Source: Bdellovibrionaceae bacterium UBA6502
GTDB taxonomy: Bacteria > Bdellovibrionota > Bdellovibrionia > Bdellovibrionales > UBA840
NCBI GenBank assembly: GCA_002436415.1
Contig: DJMA01000041.1
Span: 36,410 to 100,409 of the forward strand
DNA: 64,000 nt
Reading direction: 5' to 3'
Part shown: positions 9,462 to 18,634 of the stretch, piece by piece
Numbering within the stretch: the stretch's first letter is position 1
Layout of the letters: each line of letters opens with the position of its first letter
Position numbers and translations under genes: made by a program
Notes under the pieces: model-generated
Databases searched by the model: none
Told to the model about the DNA's origin: nothing
Seen by the model: the letters and a program-made list of their open reading frames with translations, nothing else

Positions 9462-10605
9462 AAACGAAGTTTTAGTCATTTCCGCCGAAGCCTCCAGTAA
9501 CCTTTATGCTCAAAGATTACTGGAGCTGTCTGCTAGCGAAGAAGCTCCCATTCATTATTGGGGTGTTGGTAACCAAGATATGATTGATCTTGGTTTTGAG
9601 GCTCTAGGTCGTGCCGAAGATATGGCAGTGATGGGTTTTCAAGAGGTGTTAAAACACTATCCTTTTATAAAAGGAATCTATAACAATATTCTAGAGCAAG
9701 TTGATAAACGTCAAACCAAAGTGGCTCTTTTAATGGACTATGCTGAGTTTAATATGAAGTTGGCAGGGGAGCTTAAAAAACGTGGAGTGAAGGTGTTGTT
9801 TTATATTGCTCCACAGATTTGGGCTTGGCGCCAGGGACGAGTTAAAAAACTAAAGGCGAGCATTGAAGATTTATTGTGTATTTTTCCTTTTGAAGAAAAG
9901 TTTTACCAAGAGCACGGAGTGCCTACTAATTTTGTAGGACATCCTTTGTTGGATGAAATTGAAGATAAGTTTTTTGATTTGCAGGAGAGAAATATCTACC
10001 GTATGCAATTGGGCTTGACCGAAAACCAAAGGGTTCTTGCCTTGATGCCTGGTAGTCGAAAGTCTGAAATTTCTTTGAACTTTAGAACACAATTAGACAC
10101 AGCCAAACTTTTAAAGAAACAAGATCCTAGTGTAGCCGTCGTGGTTTTAGCTGCACCAGGTATGAATTTAGATCTTTTAAAAGAATATGTTCGATCGGAT
10201 GATCCAGAGTTTCTTTTTATTCAAGATCGTCCCTTTAGAATGTTAAGTGTTTGTGATTTTGCATTGGTTTCTTCTGGAACGGCTACTTTAGTAACTGGTT
10301 TGATGAAAAAACCAATGGTAGTCATGTACAAAATGAAACCTGTGAGTGCTTGGCTTGCTAAGAAGTTGGTGAGTAAGAACAATCCATATTTTGCCATGGT
10401 GAATTTAATTTTTGGTAAAGAGCTAATGCCAGAGTTCTTTCAAGAAAAAGCAAATCCAAAGGATCTAGCAAAAAGCATTAGTGCTTCTTGGTTTGATTCA
10501 TCAGTCTATCAAAACACCCTAGAAGAACTAGAAAAGCTTCCAGCCCTTTTAGGTAAAAAAGGTGCCACCAAAAGAGTGTTAGATGTGTTGAGGGAAAAGT
10601 TGTGA
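9451..10605 (+). CDS. lpxB: Lipid-A-disaccharide synthase LpxB
   Basis: GTG start, 384 aa of GT19-like sequence (VLVISAEASSNLYAQRLL..., ALMPGSRKSEI). Located between the lpxA-side genes and lpxK. Confidence 0.9.
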   Translation: MQNKNEVLVISAEASSNLYAQRLLELSASEEAPIHYWGVGNQDMIDLGFEALGRAEDMAVMGFQEVLKHYPFIKGIYNNILEQVDKRQTKVALLMDYAEFNMKLAGELKKRGVKVLFYIAPQIWAWRQGRVKKLKASIEDLLCIFPFEEKFYQEHGVPTNFVGHPLLDEIEDKFFDLQERNIYRMQLGLTENQRVLALMPGSRKSEISLNFRTQLDTAKLLKKQDPSVAVVVLAAPGMNLDLLKEYVRSDDPEFLFIQDRPFRMLSVCDFALVSSGTATLVTGLMKKPMVVMYKMKPVSAWLAKKLVSKNNPYFAMVNLIFGKELMPEFFQEKANPKDLAKSISASWFDSSVYQNTLEELEKLPALLGKKGATKRVLDVLREKL

Positions 10606-11621
10606 AGCTTCTTCTAAAGGGATTGAGCCCAATTTACTATTCAGCCACGAAACTACGTAATAAGCTTTATGATAAGCAAATACTCGAAACCGTAAAGTTA
10701 AATACTCCTGTGGTTTGTATTGGTAACATTTCCTTTGGTGGTAGTGGCAAGACTCCTTTTACTCGTTGGTTGTGTTTGCAAGATGCACTTGTAGATAAAA
10801 ACATCGCAATAGTAAGTCGTGCTTACCGAGCAAAGTATTCTGGTGATTTTTTAAAGTTAGAAGAAAAACATTTTCAGCAACCAGAGAATTACGGTGATGA
10901 AGCATGTATGTTAGCTTCTAGTTTGCCCAATGTGGATGTTTATATAACCAATAACAAATCTAAGGCTTGTGAAAAATTAGTGGCCAATAGCTCTTATGAT
11001 ATCATATTGGTTGATGATGGCTTTCAGCATCGACGTTTAGAGAGAGACTTAGATATAGTTTTGCTGGATACCAGTGTAGGCATTGAGAGTTATAACCGAT
11101 TTCCCAAAGGAGAGTTAAGAGAGGATCTTTCTGGATTAGAAAGAGCAGATGTCTTGGTCTACAGTAAGGCCACAACAGCAACTCCTTCTTTAATGGATCG
11201 TTTAGTTAACTACACCCATGATAAAGCACAGATGGTTATGGGTTTTGATTTAGGATCACCAAGTAGAGTGACGCCTAATGATAGCCTTGAAATTTTGGAA
11301 AAGAGTTTTTTAAACTATATATTGGTGACAGCGGTAGGGAATCCAAAGCAAGTTGAGGAAAGCTTTAAAAAATCATTTGGTGAGGCCAAAGATAAATTAA
11401 TTTTTAAAGACCACCATTCTTTTTCTTCCTTAGACATCGACATGATTCTACATGTAATGGAGAAGAAAAAGGCCAAGTACATTTTGTGTACAGAAAAAGA
11501 TTATTTAAAAATCCGTAATAAAATGAAAAACAGTAGCAGTCTTTATTTCGTACCTCAGGATTATAAATTACTCGCTGGAAAAGAGGAATTGGATGAAAAG
11601 CTTAGGGCTCTTTTTTCTTAA
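10602..11621 (+). CDS. lpxK: Tetraacyldisaccharide 4'-kinase LpxK
   Basis: P-loop GNISFGGSGKTP and DDGFQH motif. GTGA overlap with lpxB. Confidence 0.9.
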   Translation: MKLLLKGLSPIYYSATKLRNKLYDKQILETVKLNTPVVCIGNISFGGSGKTPFTRWLCLQDALVDKNIAIVSRAYRAKYSGDFLKLEEKHFQQPENYGDEACMLASSLPNVDVYITNNKSKACEKLVANSSYDIILVDDGFQHRRLERDLDIVLLDTSVGIESYNRFPKGELREDLSGLERADVLVYSKATTATPSLMDRLVNYTHDKAQMVMGFDLGSPSRVTPNDSLEILEKSFLNYILVTAVGNPKQVEESFKKSFGEAKDKLIFKDHHSFSSLDIDMILHVMEKKKAKYILCTEKDYLKIRNKMKNSSSLYFVPQDYKLLAGKEELDEKLRALFS

Positions 11622-12468
11622 ATCGATCAGTTATTTAATTTATTTAATGTCTAGAAAACTCCGCTTAGCCTTGGGGAGTTTTTTTGGAATTTTGTGGTTT
11701 GATATTTTAAGACTGCGAAGGGATGTGTTGGATGAAAATATTCAAATCGCATTTCCTGAAATGCCGTATCCTGAGAGGAAGAGAATTGCCAGAGAATCTT
11801 GTAAAGGAATGGGGAAGGCGCTGATTGAGTATTTTTTATTTCCTCATGTAAATGCTGATAATATCGATGACTATTTTGTCTGTAAGAACTGGCATGTTTA
11901 TGAAGACTTGAAAAAGCAGAATAAAGGCGTCTTGGTTTTGTCTCTACATTTGGGCTCTTATGACTTTTTATCCGTTTTCTTAGCCTTGAAGGGAATGGAT
12001 TTACATTTGATTTCTAAAGAGATGAAAGTGCAGTGGTTAAATGATCTTTGGTTTGGTTTAAGAAAGTCCAAGGGATTAAAATATATTTCTGATCGAAAAG
12101 CTAAATTTGATATCATCAAAGCACTCAAAAAGAAGGCCGCCGTTGCTTTTATTATAGATCAGTTTACCGGACCACCCATTGGCATCGAATCAACCTTCTT
12201 TGGTAAGAAAACGGGAAGTGCTCGCGGCCTGGCTTTGTTTCATGCTTGGACAAAGGCACCTGTATTGCCAATCTATAACTTTCGTCGAGATGATGGAAAG
12301 ATTGAAGTGGTCTTTGGGGAGCCAGTTTCTCTAGAAGAAGCAGAGGATAGAGATCAAACGGTTGCTTTGATGACGCAAAAGTACAATACTGTTTTAGAGA
12401 ACATAATTCGAGAACATCCCGAACAGTGGTTGTGGGTTCATCGCCGCTGGAAGGAATTTAAGTACTAG
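11593..12468 (+). CDS. Lipid A biosynthesis (Kdo2-lipid IVA) late acyltransferase, LpxL/HtrB family
   Basis: 291 aa with an N-terminal TM, the HX4D motif HLGSYD and a C-terminal PEQWLWVHRRWK typical of the LpxL/LpxM/LpxP family. Sits in the lpx cluster. Confidence 0.8.
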   Translation: MKSLGLFFLKSISYLIYLMSRKLRLALGSFFGILWFDILRLRRDVLDENIQIAFPEMPYPERKRIARESCKGMGKALIEYFLFPHVNADNIDDYFVCKNWHVYEDLKKQNKGVLVLSLHLGSYDFLSVFLALKGMDLHLISKEMKVQWLNDLWFGLRKSKGLKYISDRKAKFDIIKALKKKAAVAFIIDQFTGPPIGIESTFFGKKTGSARGLALFHAWTKAPVLPIYNFRRDDGKIEVVFGEPVSLEEAEDRDQTVALMTQKYNTVLENIIREHPEQWLWVHRRWKEFKY

Positions 12469-12476
12469 TTGGTGAT

Positions 12477-13661
12477 ATGAAACTTTCTTTGAAGCAAAAA
12501 TTCTTAAGTTTTAGTCTTAGTTTGCTTTTACTTTTGTTGGCCTCTTGTGCCACTTCAAAAGATTATATGAAGGTTTTAGACGATATCTATATGGAAGAGG
12601 AGTACGACTCTGTCATTCAGGTCGAGGATGCTTCTAAGCCAAAAGAGGATAGTGCTGAGCCTAATCCTGAAAAAAAAGCTGAAAGCCAAACAGCGGATTC
12701 TAAAAAAACAATAGAAAGTCCAAAGAAAAAAGAAGAGGCTAAAGCGGTAAAGGCTAACAAAAAAGCAAAAGAAAAAACTCCTAAAAAGGCGATTGCAAAG
12801 AAGAAGACTGATTCTGAAAAACAAAAGCCAAATACCAGCAAAGAGCTTCCTAAAAAGACAGCTGAAGATATCAAAAAAGACCTTTTGCGAAAATCGGTAA
12901 ATGCCAAAGGAAGAAAGCTTCCAGACATTGAAGATGCAGAGGGCTTTGTAGGTAGAAGGCCAGTGGTTGACCCATTTAGAGTGGGTGAAGAAGTGGTTAT
13001 GGCTGTTGAGTATTTTGGGGTTAAGGCTGGCGAATTAAGTCTAAAAGTTTTACCTTTTAAAAAAGTAAACGGAAGAAAGGCTTATCATTTTAGATCCGAG
13101 GTTAGGTCTAATTCTTCATTTTCAATGATTTATGAAGTGGATGATTGGTCGGAAACATTCGTTGATTACGAAACTATGCTGCCATTTAATTACACGGTTC
13201 ATGTCGATCATAGTAACGAAAAAAAACAGATTCGAAGTATTTTTGAGCACGCAGAAAATCACGTTAAAGTCTGGGAAAAAAAGATCGATGACGATGGTAA
13301 AGTAAAAAAGAAAATCTATGAATGGGAGATGTATCCTTTTTCTCAGAATGTGATTTCGGTGTTTTTTTACATAAGAAACTTTCAGTTAAAAGTCGGTAAA
13401 ACCATCAAGTTCCCGCTTACAGATGAAAACAACAATATGATTCTAGAGGCTGAGGTTTTGCGTAAAGAAAAGCTGAGTATTCCTGGAGATAAAGAAGTGG
13501 AAGCCTTTGTGATTAAACCAAAGGTAAGCATCGAAGGAAACTTTAAGCCTGTGGGAGATATTTTCCTTTGGCTAACCGCCGATGAGCGAAAACAAATCGT
13601 TCAAGTTAAGTCAGCCCTAAAAATTGGTACCCTAAAGTTTGTACCGGTTCGTTTAAAGTAG
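12477..13661 (+). CDS. DUF3108-like lipoprotein with Lys-rich low-complexity linker
   Basis: Lipobox LLLLASC, then a ~100-aa K/E/A/P-rich linker, then a C-terminal beta-rich domain (GEELSLKVLPFKKVNGRKAYHF...) that resembles DUF3108. Confidence 0.65.
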   Translation: MKLSLKQKFLSFSLSLLLLLLASCATSKDYMKVLDDIYMEEEYDSVIQVEDASKPKEDSAEPNPEKKAESQTADSKKTIESPKKKEEAKAVKANKKAKEKTPKKAIAKKKTDSEKQKPNTSKELPKKTAEDIKKDLLRKSVNAKGRKLPDIEDAEGFVGRRPVVDPFRVGEEVVMAVEYFGVKAGELSLKVLPFKKVNGRKAYHFRSEVRSNSSFSMIYEVDDWSETFVDYETMLPFNYTVHVDHSNEKKQIRSIFEHAENHVKVWEKKIDDDGKVKKKIYEWEMYPFSQNVISVFFYIRNFQLKVGKTIKFPLTDENNNMILEAEVLRKEKLSIPGDKEVEAFVIKPKVSIEGNFKPVGDIFLWLTADERKQIVQVKSALKIGTLKFVPVRLK

Positions 13662-13762
13662 TTCGCTAAAAGTCTAGCGATCAAAGTTTAGTTTTAGTCC
13701 ATCTTTGTCTCAAGCTGCATATGCCATCCTGCTTTAGCAAAAATCTTTGCTAGACTAAGTCT

Positions 13763-14914
13763 ATGGCGAGAACCAATTGTCGAAATTTTAATGGATACAA
13801 GCCCTGTGGCCTTAATGCAAACTGTGACGAGCTTTGTTCCCATTTTCAGGCTTCAGGAATGAATATAGTGATCATTCACTTAGGGGCCTTGGGTGCGGTT
13901 TTGCGTGCGACTTGTTTACTAAAGCCTATTAAAAGAGCCTATCCTAATTCGCAAATTACCTGGGTAACAGATGCCCCGGCTCAGCATCTATTGGCGAACA
14001 ACCCACTCATTGATAATGTCTACACATCTAGTCCTGAAAGCATTCAATCCTTATTGAGTTATGATTTTGACCTTGGCTATTGCCTTGATAAAGCGACCAA
14101 GGCGGTGGGGATTTCTCGGCAGTTAAATATTGATGAACTGAAGGGATTTTCTTCTGATTCAAAAGCTTCTATTTTGCCAATCAATCAAGAGGCAAGAGAG
14201 CTTTGGGAGCTTGGTTTAAATGATCATAAAAAGTTTTTTGTGAATCAAAAACCTGAAACACAGTTAATGACAGAAGCTCTGGGTTTGGATTACCAGAGGG
14301 ATGATTATTTGTTGGCTTTAACTGCGGATGAACTAAACCTAGGCTTTTTAAGAAGATCGTCTTGGTCTGAGCAGGGAAAATATCCAATCATAGGGATAAA
14401 CACAGGTTGTTCCAATGCCTTGCCTTATAAAAAAATGAGCGTCGAAAAAAACATAGAACTAGTAAAGGCTTTGTACAGAAACTTTTCTGTGAGGGTAGTT
14501 TTGTTGGGCGGGCCAGAGGACTCTGAAAGAAATCAAAAAATTGCAGAAATGACTGATGCAATTGTTTCTCCAAGTCGAAATGGGATTCGTGATGGACTTT
14601 GCTCGGTAGCAGCTTGTGATATGATTATTACTGGTGATAGTTTAGGTATGCATATGGCAATTGCTTTGAAAAAGCACACAATTGCATGGTTTGGAAGTAC
14701 CTGTGCCCATGAAATTGACTTGTATGATCGTGGTGAAAAAATCCTTAGTCGAGTGAGTTGTGGCCCTTGTTGGAAGAGATCTTGCGATAAAGAAGTGATG
14801 TGCCACGAAATGCTAAGCTTAAAAGCCATTTTGCTCGCGACAAAGGATTTTCTGGCTCCAAGCCATGAAGAAAGTTCTGCTTTTGAGATCAGTTTAGACC
14901 TTAATTTAGCGTGA
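13763..14914 (+). CDS. Glycosyltransferase family 9 (heptosyltransferase-like) with N- and C-terminal Cys clusters
   Basis: GT9 core (IVIIHLGALGAVLRATCLLKPIKRAYP, ITGDSLGMHMAIAL). N-terminal C-x8-C-x6-C-x3-C and C-terminal CGPCWKRSCDKEVMC. Confidence 0.8.
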   Translation: MARTNCRNFNGYKPCGLNANCDELCSHFQASGMNIVIIHLGALGAVLRATCLLKPIKRAYPNSQITWVTDAPAQHLLANNPLIDNVYTSSPESIQSLLSYDFDLGYCLDKATKAVGISRQLNIDELKGFSSDSKASILPINQEARELWELGLNDHKKFFVNQKPETQLMTEALGLDYQRDDYLLALTADELNLGFLRRSSWSEQGKYPIIGINTGCSNALPYKKMSVEKNIELVKALYRNFSVRVVLLGGPEDSERNQKIAEMTDAIVSPSRNGIRDGLCSVAACDMIITGDSLGMHMAIALKKHTIAWFGSTCAHEIDLYDRGEKILSRVSCGPCWKRSCDKEVMCHEMLSLKAILLATKDFLAPSHEESSAFEISLDLNLA

Positions 14915-14945
14915 TTTTTTCTCAAAATTTGTTACAACTAAAATC

Positions 14946-16019
14946 ATGAAAATTCTATTTTTCCAAACCGCATTTCTAGGTGATTTGCTTCTTTCTAGCG
15001 TATTCTTAAAGAATCTGAGATTGGCATATCCTGATGCTGAGATTCATTTGGCTGCACGGGGAAAATTTGCAGAATTTTTCAAAGAATTTTCTTTGGTTGA
15101 TAGAGCTTGGTCCGTAAATAAAAAAGATAAAAAGTCTTTGGCTATTTTGATTTCTAGTTTAAAGAAAGAAAATTTTGATTTGGTATTTTGTCCTCACGAG
15201 TCTTTTCGTTCGGCCAGCATTTGTGGAAAATTAAATGCGGCTCAGTCTTTTTCATTTCGCCGTTGGTTTTCAAGTTTCTTTTTTAATCGTTTGGTAACTC
15301 GTCCAATGGATTTACCTGATGTACTACGACAAACCGCTTTATTGGCGGCAGCCAATCAAGAATTTGGTGTGAAGTGGGTCGATTTTGTTTCAAAGTATCG
15401 AGGGAGTGAGTCGCAAGTTTTAAGTGATTTTTCTGAGTCTCGTGTACAAATCCCTGAGTTTCTAAAAATGCACTTAAAGCTTCCTGATGAACGTATAAGT
15501 CTTTTGTTAAAAAACTTTGATTTGCCTTCGGAGTACATTTGCATCGCTCCGGGGAGTGTCTGGGAAACAAAAAAATGGCGTGAGGAGCACTATGTGCAGT
15601 TTGCAAAAAACCGATCCGAGAAAATAATTGTATTGGGTGGCCCAGGGGAGGAGAGTCTGTGTGAGAGAATTTCTCAACAAATTCCTGGAAGCCTTAATCT
15701 TGCTGCCAAAACCAGCCTAGTAGAACTTTATGCTATTTTAACCAAAGCGAAGTTTTTGGTGTGTAATGATAGTGGCACCATGCATATGGCAAGTTGCGCT
15801 AATTGCCCAAGTATTGCTAATTTTGGTCCAACGACTTTAGACATTGGCTATCGTCCCTGGAGTAATAATAGTCTTGTAAATCAAATTGAACTTTCCTGTA
15901 GGCCTTGTGGAAAGCATGGACATGATAAGTGTCCCATTGGTACACACCAGTGTATGAAAGATCTTTTACCGTCTCAGGTTGAAGCGAAAAGCCAGCTATT
16001 TCAAAGCCTTAATTCCTAA
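14946..16019 (+). CDS. Glycosyltransferase family 9, ADP-heptose:LPS heptosyltransferase-like
   Basis: KILFFQTAFLGDLLL, CNDSGTMHMA and a C-terminal CRPCGKHGHDKCPIGTHQC motif. 357 aa. Confidence 0.8.
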   Translation: MKILFFQTAFLGDLLLSSVFLKNLRLAYPDAEIHLAARGKFAEFFKEFSLVDRAWSVNKKDKKSLAILISSLKKENFDLVFCPHESFRSASICGKLNAAQSFSFRRWFSSFFFNRLVTRPMDLPDVLRQTALLAAANQEFGVKWVDFVSKYRGSESQVLSDFSESRVQIPEFLKMHLKLPDERISLLLKNFDLPSEYICIAPGSVWETKKWREEHYVQFAKNRSEKIIVLGGPGEESLCERISQQIPGSLNLAAKTSLVELYAILTKAKFLVCNDSGTMHMASCANCPSIANFGPTTLDIGYRPWSNNSLVNQIELSCRPCGKHGHDKCPIGTHQCMKDLLPSQVEAKSQLFQSLNS

Positions 16020-16135
16020 TTTTCTAGTTTTTGTCGAAATTATGATATTCTTAAGCTGCCCTGTATTGTTGTACGTTTACTAAATTAAAACGGCTTAGTT
16101 ACCGATAGATTAAGGCGTTTTGTGAAGGGAATATT

Positions 16136-16831
16136 ATGAATGCCAAAAATGTTCTAATTCTCAGTGAAGAATTAGAAGACGCGGATCGAATTGAGGAAAT
16201 CTATGCCTCCTCCGAGAGCATTGATTATAAAACCAACATGGTTTTTAAGGCAGATGAAGCTGTGGAGCTTCTTAAAAATAAAGACACGGATCTATTGGTC
16301 TTTAACTTAAGAGACTTTTCTAAGAAAAAATTAAATGCAGTTCTAAATTTACGTCAGCTTGGCGTTAAATTTCCTTTGTTAAGTATTTCTGATACTTATG
16401 ATGAGGATGCTTATAATTTTGTGCGTAAGCTTGAAAACTCTGTAATGTTAAATCGTCCCTTTAAAGACTCACAGTTGCTAACCATGAGCGAAAAAATCAC
16501 TAATGGTGTTGATGTGATGCAAAGGCGCTTTCCGCGTTTCTTAACCGAAGAAAATGCTTATCTAAGTCTTTATCCTAATGGCAGTCCAACCGAGTGCTCG
16601 GTAAAAGATATTTCTAAAGGCGGGGCTTGTGTTATAGCTCCAGTGGATGTGGGGATTAAGGTTGGCGAAATTGTTCGAATGAAGTTGTTCTTAGAGGATG
16701 TAGGTAAAAATCACAATTTCTTTGGTCGAGTGCTATGGATGGATTTAATTGTGGATGAAGGCAATTACTATATAGGAATCCAGTTTATTAGCGAGGCTCA
16801 AATATTTAAAAGTTTACTTTCCAATCGATAA
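16136..16831 (+). CDS. Pseudo-receiver + PilZ domain protein (c-di-GMP effector candidate)
   Basis: The C-terminal PilZ motifs RRFPRF (RxxxR) and DISKGGA (DxSxxG) are present. The N-terminal CheY-like fold has Asn at the phospho-acceptor position (DLLVFNL) and EE instead of the acidic DD pair. Confidence 0.8.
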   Translation: MNAKNVLILSEELEDADRIEEIYASSESIDYKTNMVFKADEAVELLKNKDTDLLVFNLRDFSKKKLNAVLNLRQLGVKFPLLSISDTYDEDAYNFVRKLENSVMLNRPFKDSQLLTMSEKITNGVDVMQRRFPRFLTEENAYLSLYPNGSPTECSVKDISKGGACVIAPVDVGIKVGEIVRMKLFLEDVGKNHNFFGRVLWMDLIVDEGNYYIGIQFISEAQIFKSLLSNR

Positions 16832-16872
16832 TTCGTATTTTATTTGCAACTTAGTCTTTCGGAGGAAGTATT

Positions 16873-17826
16873 TTGCAACTTTTTGAAGGTGTAGATAAAA
16901 TCAATCAGCACGATTTTCGATCGGTCGTTACCATTGGTAATTTTGATGGAGTTCACTTGGGGCATCAAGCTCTCATACAAAAGTGCATTTCAGAGGCGAA
17001 GAAAAAGTCGCAAAAGGCTGTTGTATTGAGTTTTCGTCCTCATCCTATAAAGGTATTGTTTCCTGAAAAAAACATCAAAAAACTTTTTAGTTATGCGGAT
17101 CAAGAAAAGAGATTGCAAGAGTTTGGAGTGGACTTTTTTGTTCGCCAACCATTTTCTAGGGATTTATCCGACCTTTCCGCTGAGCGTTTTTTAAATGAAA
17201 TTGTTATCAAGCCTTTGAATCCCAGTATGTTAGTCGTGGGCTACGATTTTGCATTTGGTGCAAATCGAGAAGGAACCATTGAATACTTAAAAGAATATTG
17301 TAAGACCAATGAAATTGAGTTGCATGTACAAAGCCCGGTGCGTATCGAAGGGGAGATAGTTTCTTCTAGTTTACTTCGAAGTCTCGTGGCTGAAGGACGT
17401 ATGGCTCTTGCTGCAAAGTGCTTAGGTAGAAACTTTTATTTACAAGGTGTGGTCGAAAAAGGTGCTGGTAGAGGAAAACAAATTGGTTTTCCAACGGCAA
17501 ATATTTTTACTAGCTCTGAGTGTTTTCCTAAGAATGGGGTTTACACTTCAAAGGTGCTTTTGAATGGCCGAAGTTTTGCTTCAATAACCAATGTGGGGGA
17601 AAATCCTACCTTCGAAGACAAGACGAGAAGGCCGGTTCAGGTGGAAACTCATATTCTTGACTTTGACCAGGATATTTATGGTGATATTCTAAGGGTAGAG
17701 TTTGTAGAATTCTTGAGGGCTGAGAAAAAGTTTTCAGGAGTAGATCAACTTGTGGAACAGATCAAAGAAGATGTGATTAAGGCTAGGGAGTATCATGAAA
17801 AAATGGGGAGTGATTTCAAAATTTGA
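16873..17826 (+). CDS. ribF: Bifunctional riboflavin kinase / FAD synthetase
   Basis: TTG start behind GGAGGAAG. Motifs VTIGNFDGVHLGHQ, GFPTAN and the C-terminal kinase domain (ETHILDF...YG). 317 aa. Confidence 0.92.
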   Translation: MQLFEGVDKINQHDFRSVVTIGNFDGVHLGHQALIQKCISEAKKKSQKAVVLSFRPHPIKVLFPEKNIKKLFSYADQEKRLQEFGVDFFVRQPFSRDLSDLSAERFLNEIVIKPLNPSMLVVGYDFAFGANREGTIEYLKEYCKTNEIELHVQSPVRIEGEIVSSSLLRSLVAEGRMALAAKCLGRNFYLQGVVEKGAGRGKQIGFPTANIFTSSECFPKNGVYTSKVLLNGRSFASITNVGENPTFEDKTRRPVQVETHILDFDQDIYGDILRVEFVEFLRAEKKFSGVDQLVEQIKEDVIKAREYHEKMGSDFKI

Positions 17827-18634
17827 ATTTTTCCCTCGTTTTGAATTTCTGTCAGATTATCTTAAATCCAAACACTCCTTTGAGAATGAGTTTAGCGCAT
17901 TAGATTGCGAGCCCGAAAATTTTTTTGAAAAATTAGAAGAGTGGAAGACTGAGTTTGATCAATTTAGAGTGGGCGCTCCTTTTGGTAGTTTATTAGCTGA
18001 AAATTTAGACTTATCTAATGCCTTAACTCTTACTTTAAAAACTGCCGATTGTTTGCATCATTTAGACTCTCGGTGGTGGCCACGCTCATTGATGGATGAA
18101 TGTCTCTTGCGAGCTGTGATCCAGAAAGATCTTAATATAGATATTCACAATAGCGCGATGATCATTGGTACAGGCGCGGCTGCTAAGGCTTGTGTGATGT
18201 CTTTGGTAAAGCTTGGTTTTTTAAATATTTCTTTTACTGATACCAACTCAGAGAGTGGTTACGAATTTGTTTCGCAATTGAAGCGCCGAGTGTTTGGAGC
18301 TAATTTTAACTTTATTGAGCAAAGAGACATTGCCTTGTTGCCAGGAGTTTTTAGTTTAGCAATCAATACGACTCCCGATATGGTGGAGAATACCTTGGTT
18401 GATGACTTGTCGTTTTTTAATTACCTGAGACATGAGGGGATCGTGATAGACCTTAGTGTGAAAGCAGCGAAGACAAAGTTTATAAAGCAGGCTGAGTTAG
18501 TAACGAGTCAGGTTTTACATGGAATCGATGTTGCGAGCCTTGTAGATGCCTATTGGGTTGAGATGTGCTTTGATATTGAGCTAAATGAATCTGATTATAA
18601 GTCTGAATTAACCAGCTTTTTAAGTACTCACTAA
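17795..18634 (+). CDS. Shikimate 5-dehydrogenase family protein (AroE-like, divergent)
   Basis: NAD(P) site IIGTGAAAKA and LAINTTPDMV resemble the AroE GAGGAARA and INATPxGM motifs. The N-terminal substrate domain is divergent. The start is uncertain because the ORF overlaps ribF by 32 nt. Confidence 0.55.
   Translation: MKKWGVISKFEFFPRFEFLSDYLKSKHSFENEFSALDCEPENFFEKLEEWKTEFDQFRVGAPFGSLLAENLDLSNALTLTLKTADCLHHLDSRWWPRSLMDECLLRAVIQKDLNIDIHNSAMIIGTGAAAKACVMSLVKLGFLNISFTDTNSESGYEFVSQLKRRVFGANFNFIEQRDIALLPGVFSLAINTTPDMVENTLVDDLSFFNYLRHEGIVIDLSVKAAKTKFIKQAELVTSQVLHGIDVASLVDAYWVEMCFDIELNESDYKSELTSFLSTH

Noticed and set aside
12576-12928. Two antisense ORFs (82 and 103 aa) inside the DUF3108-like gene
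   Set aside because: They lie opposite the Lys/Glu-rich low-complexity linker. Their F/L/S-rich translations are the expected mirror artefact of AAG/AAA-rich coding sequence.
14533-14925. 130-aa antisense ORF inside the first GT9 gene. Similar antisense ORFs occur inside pseC (44112-44775), pilT (20562-21283), the FemAB-like gene (47882-48202) and the receiver gene (58017-58328).
   Set aside because: All lie fully within well-supported genes on the opposite strand. They lack SD sequences and have no recognisable motifs, so I treat them as chance ORFs.
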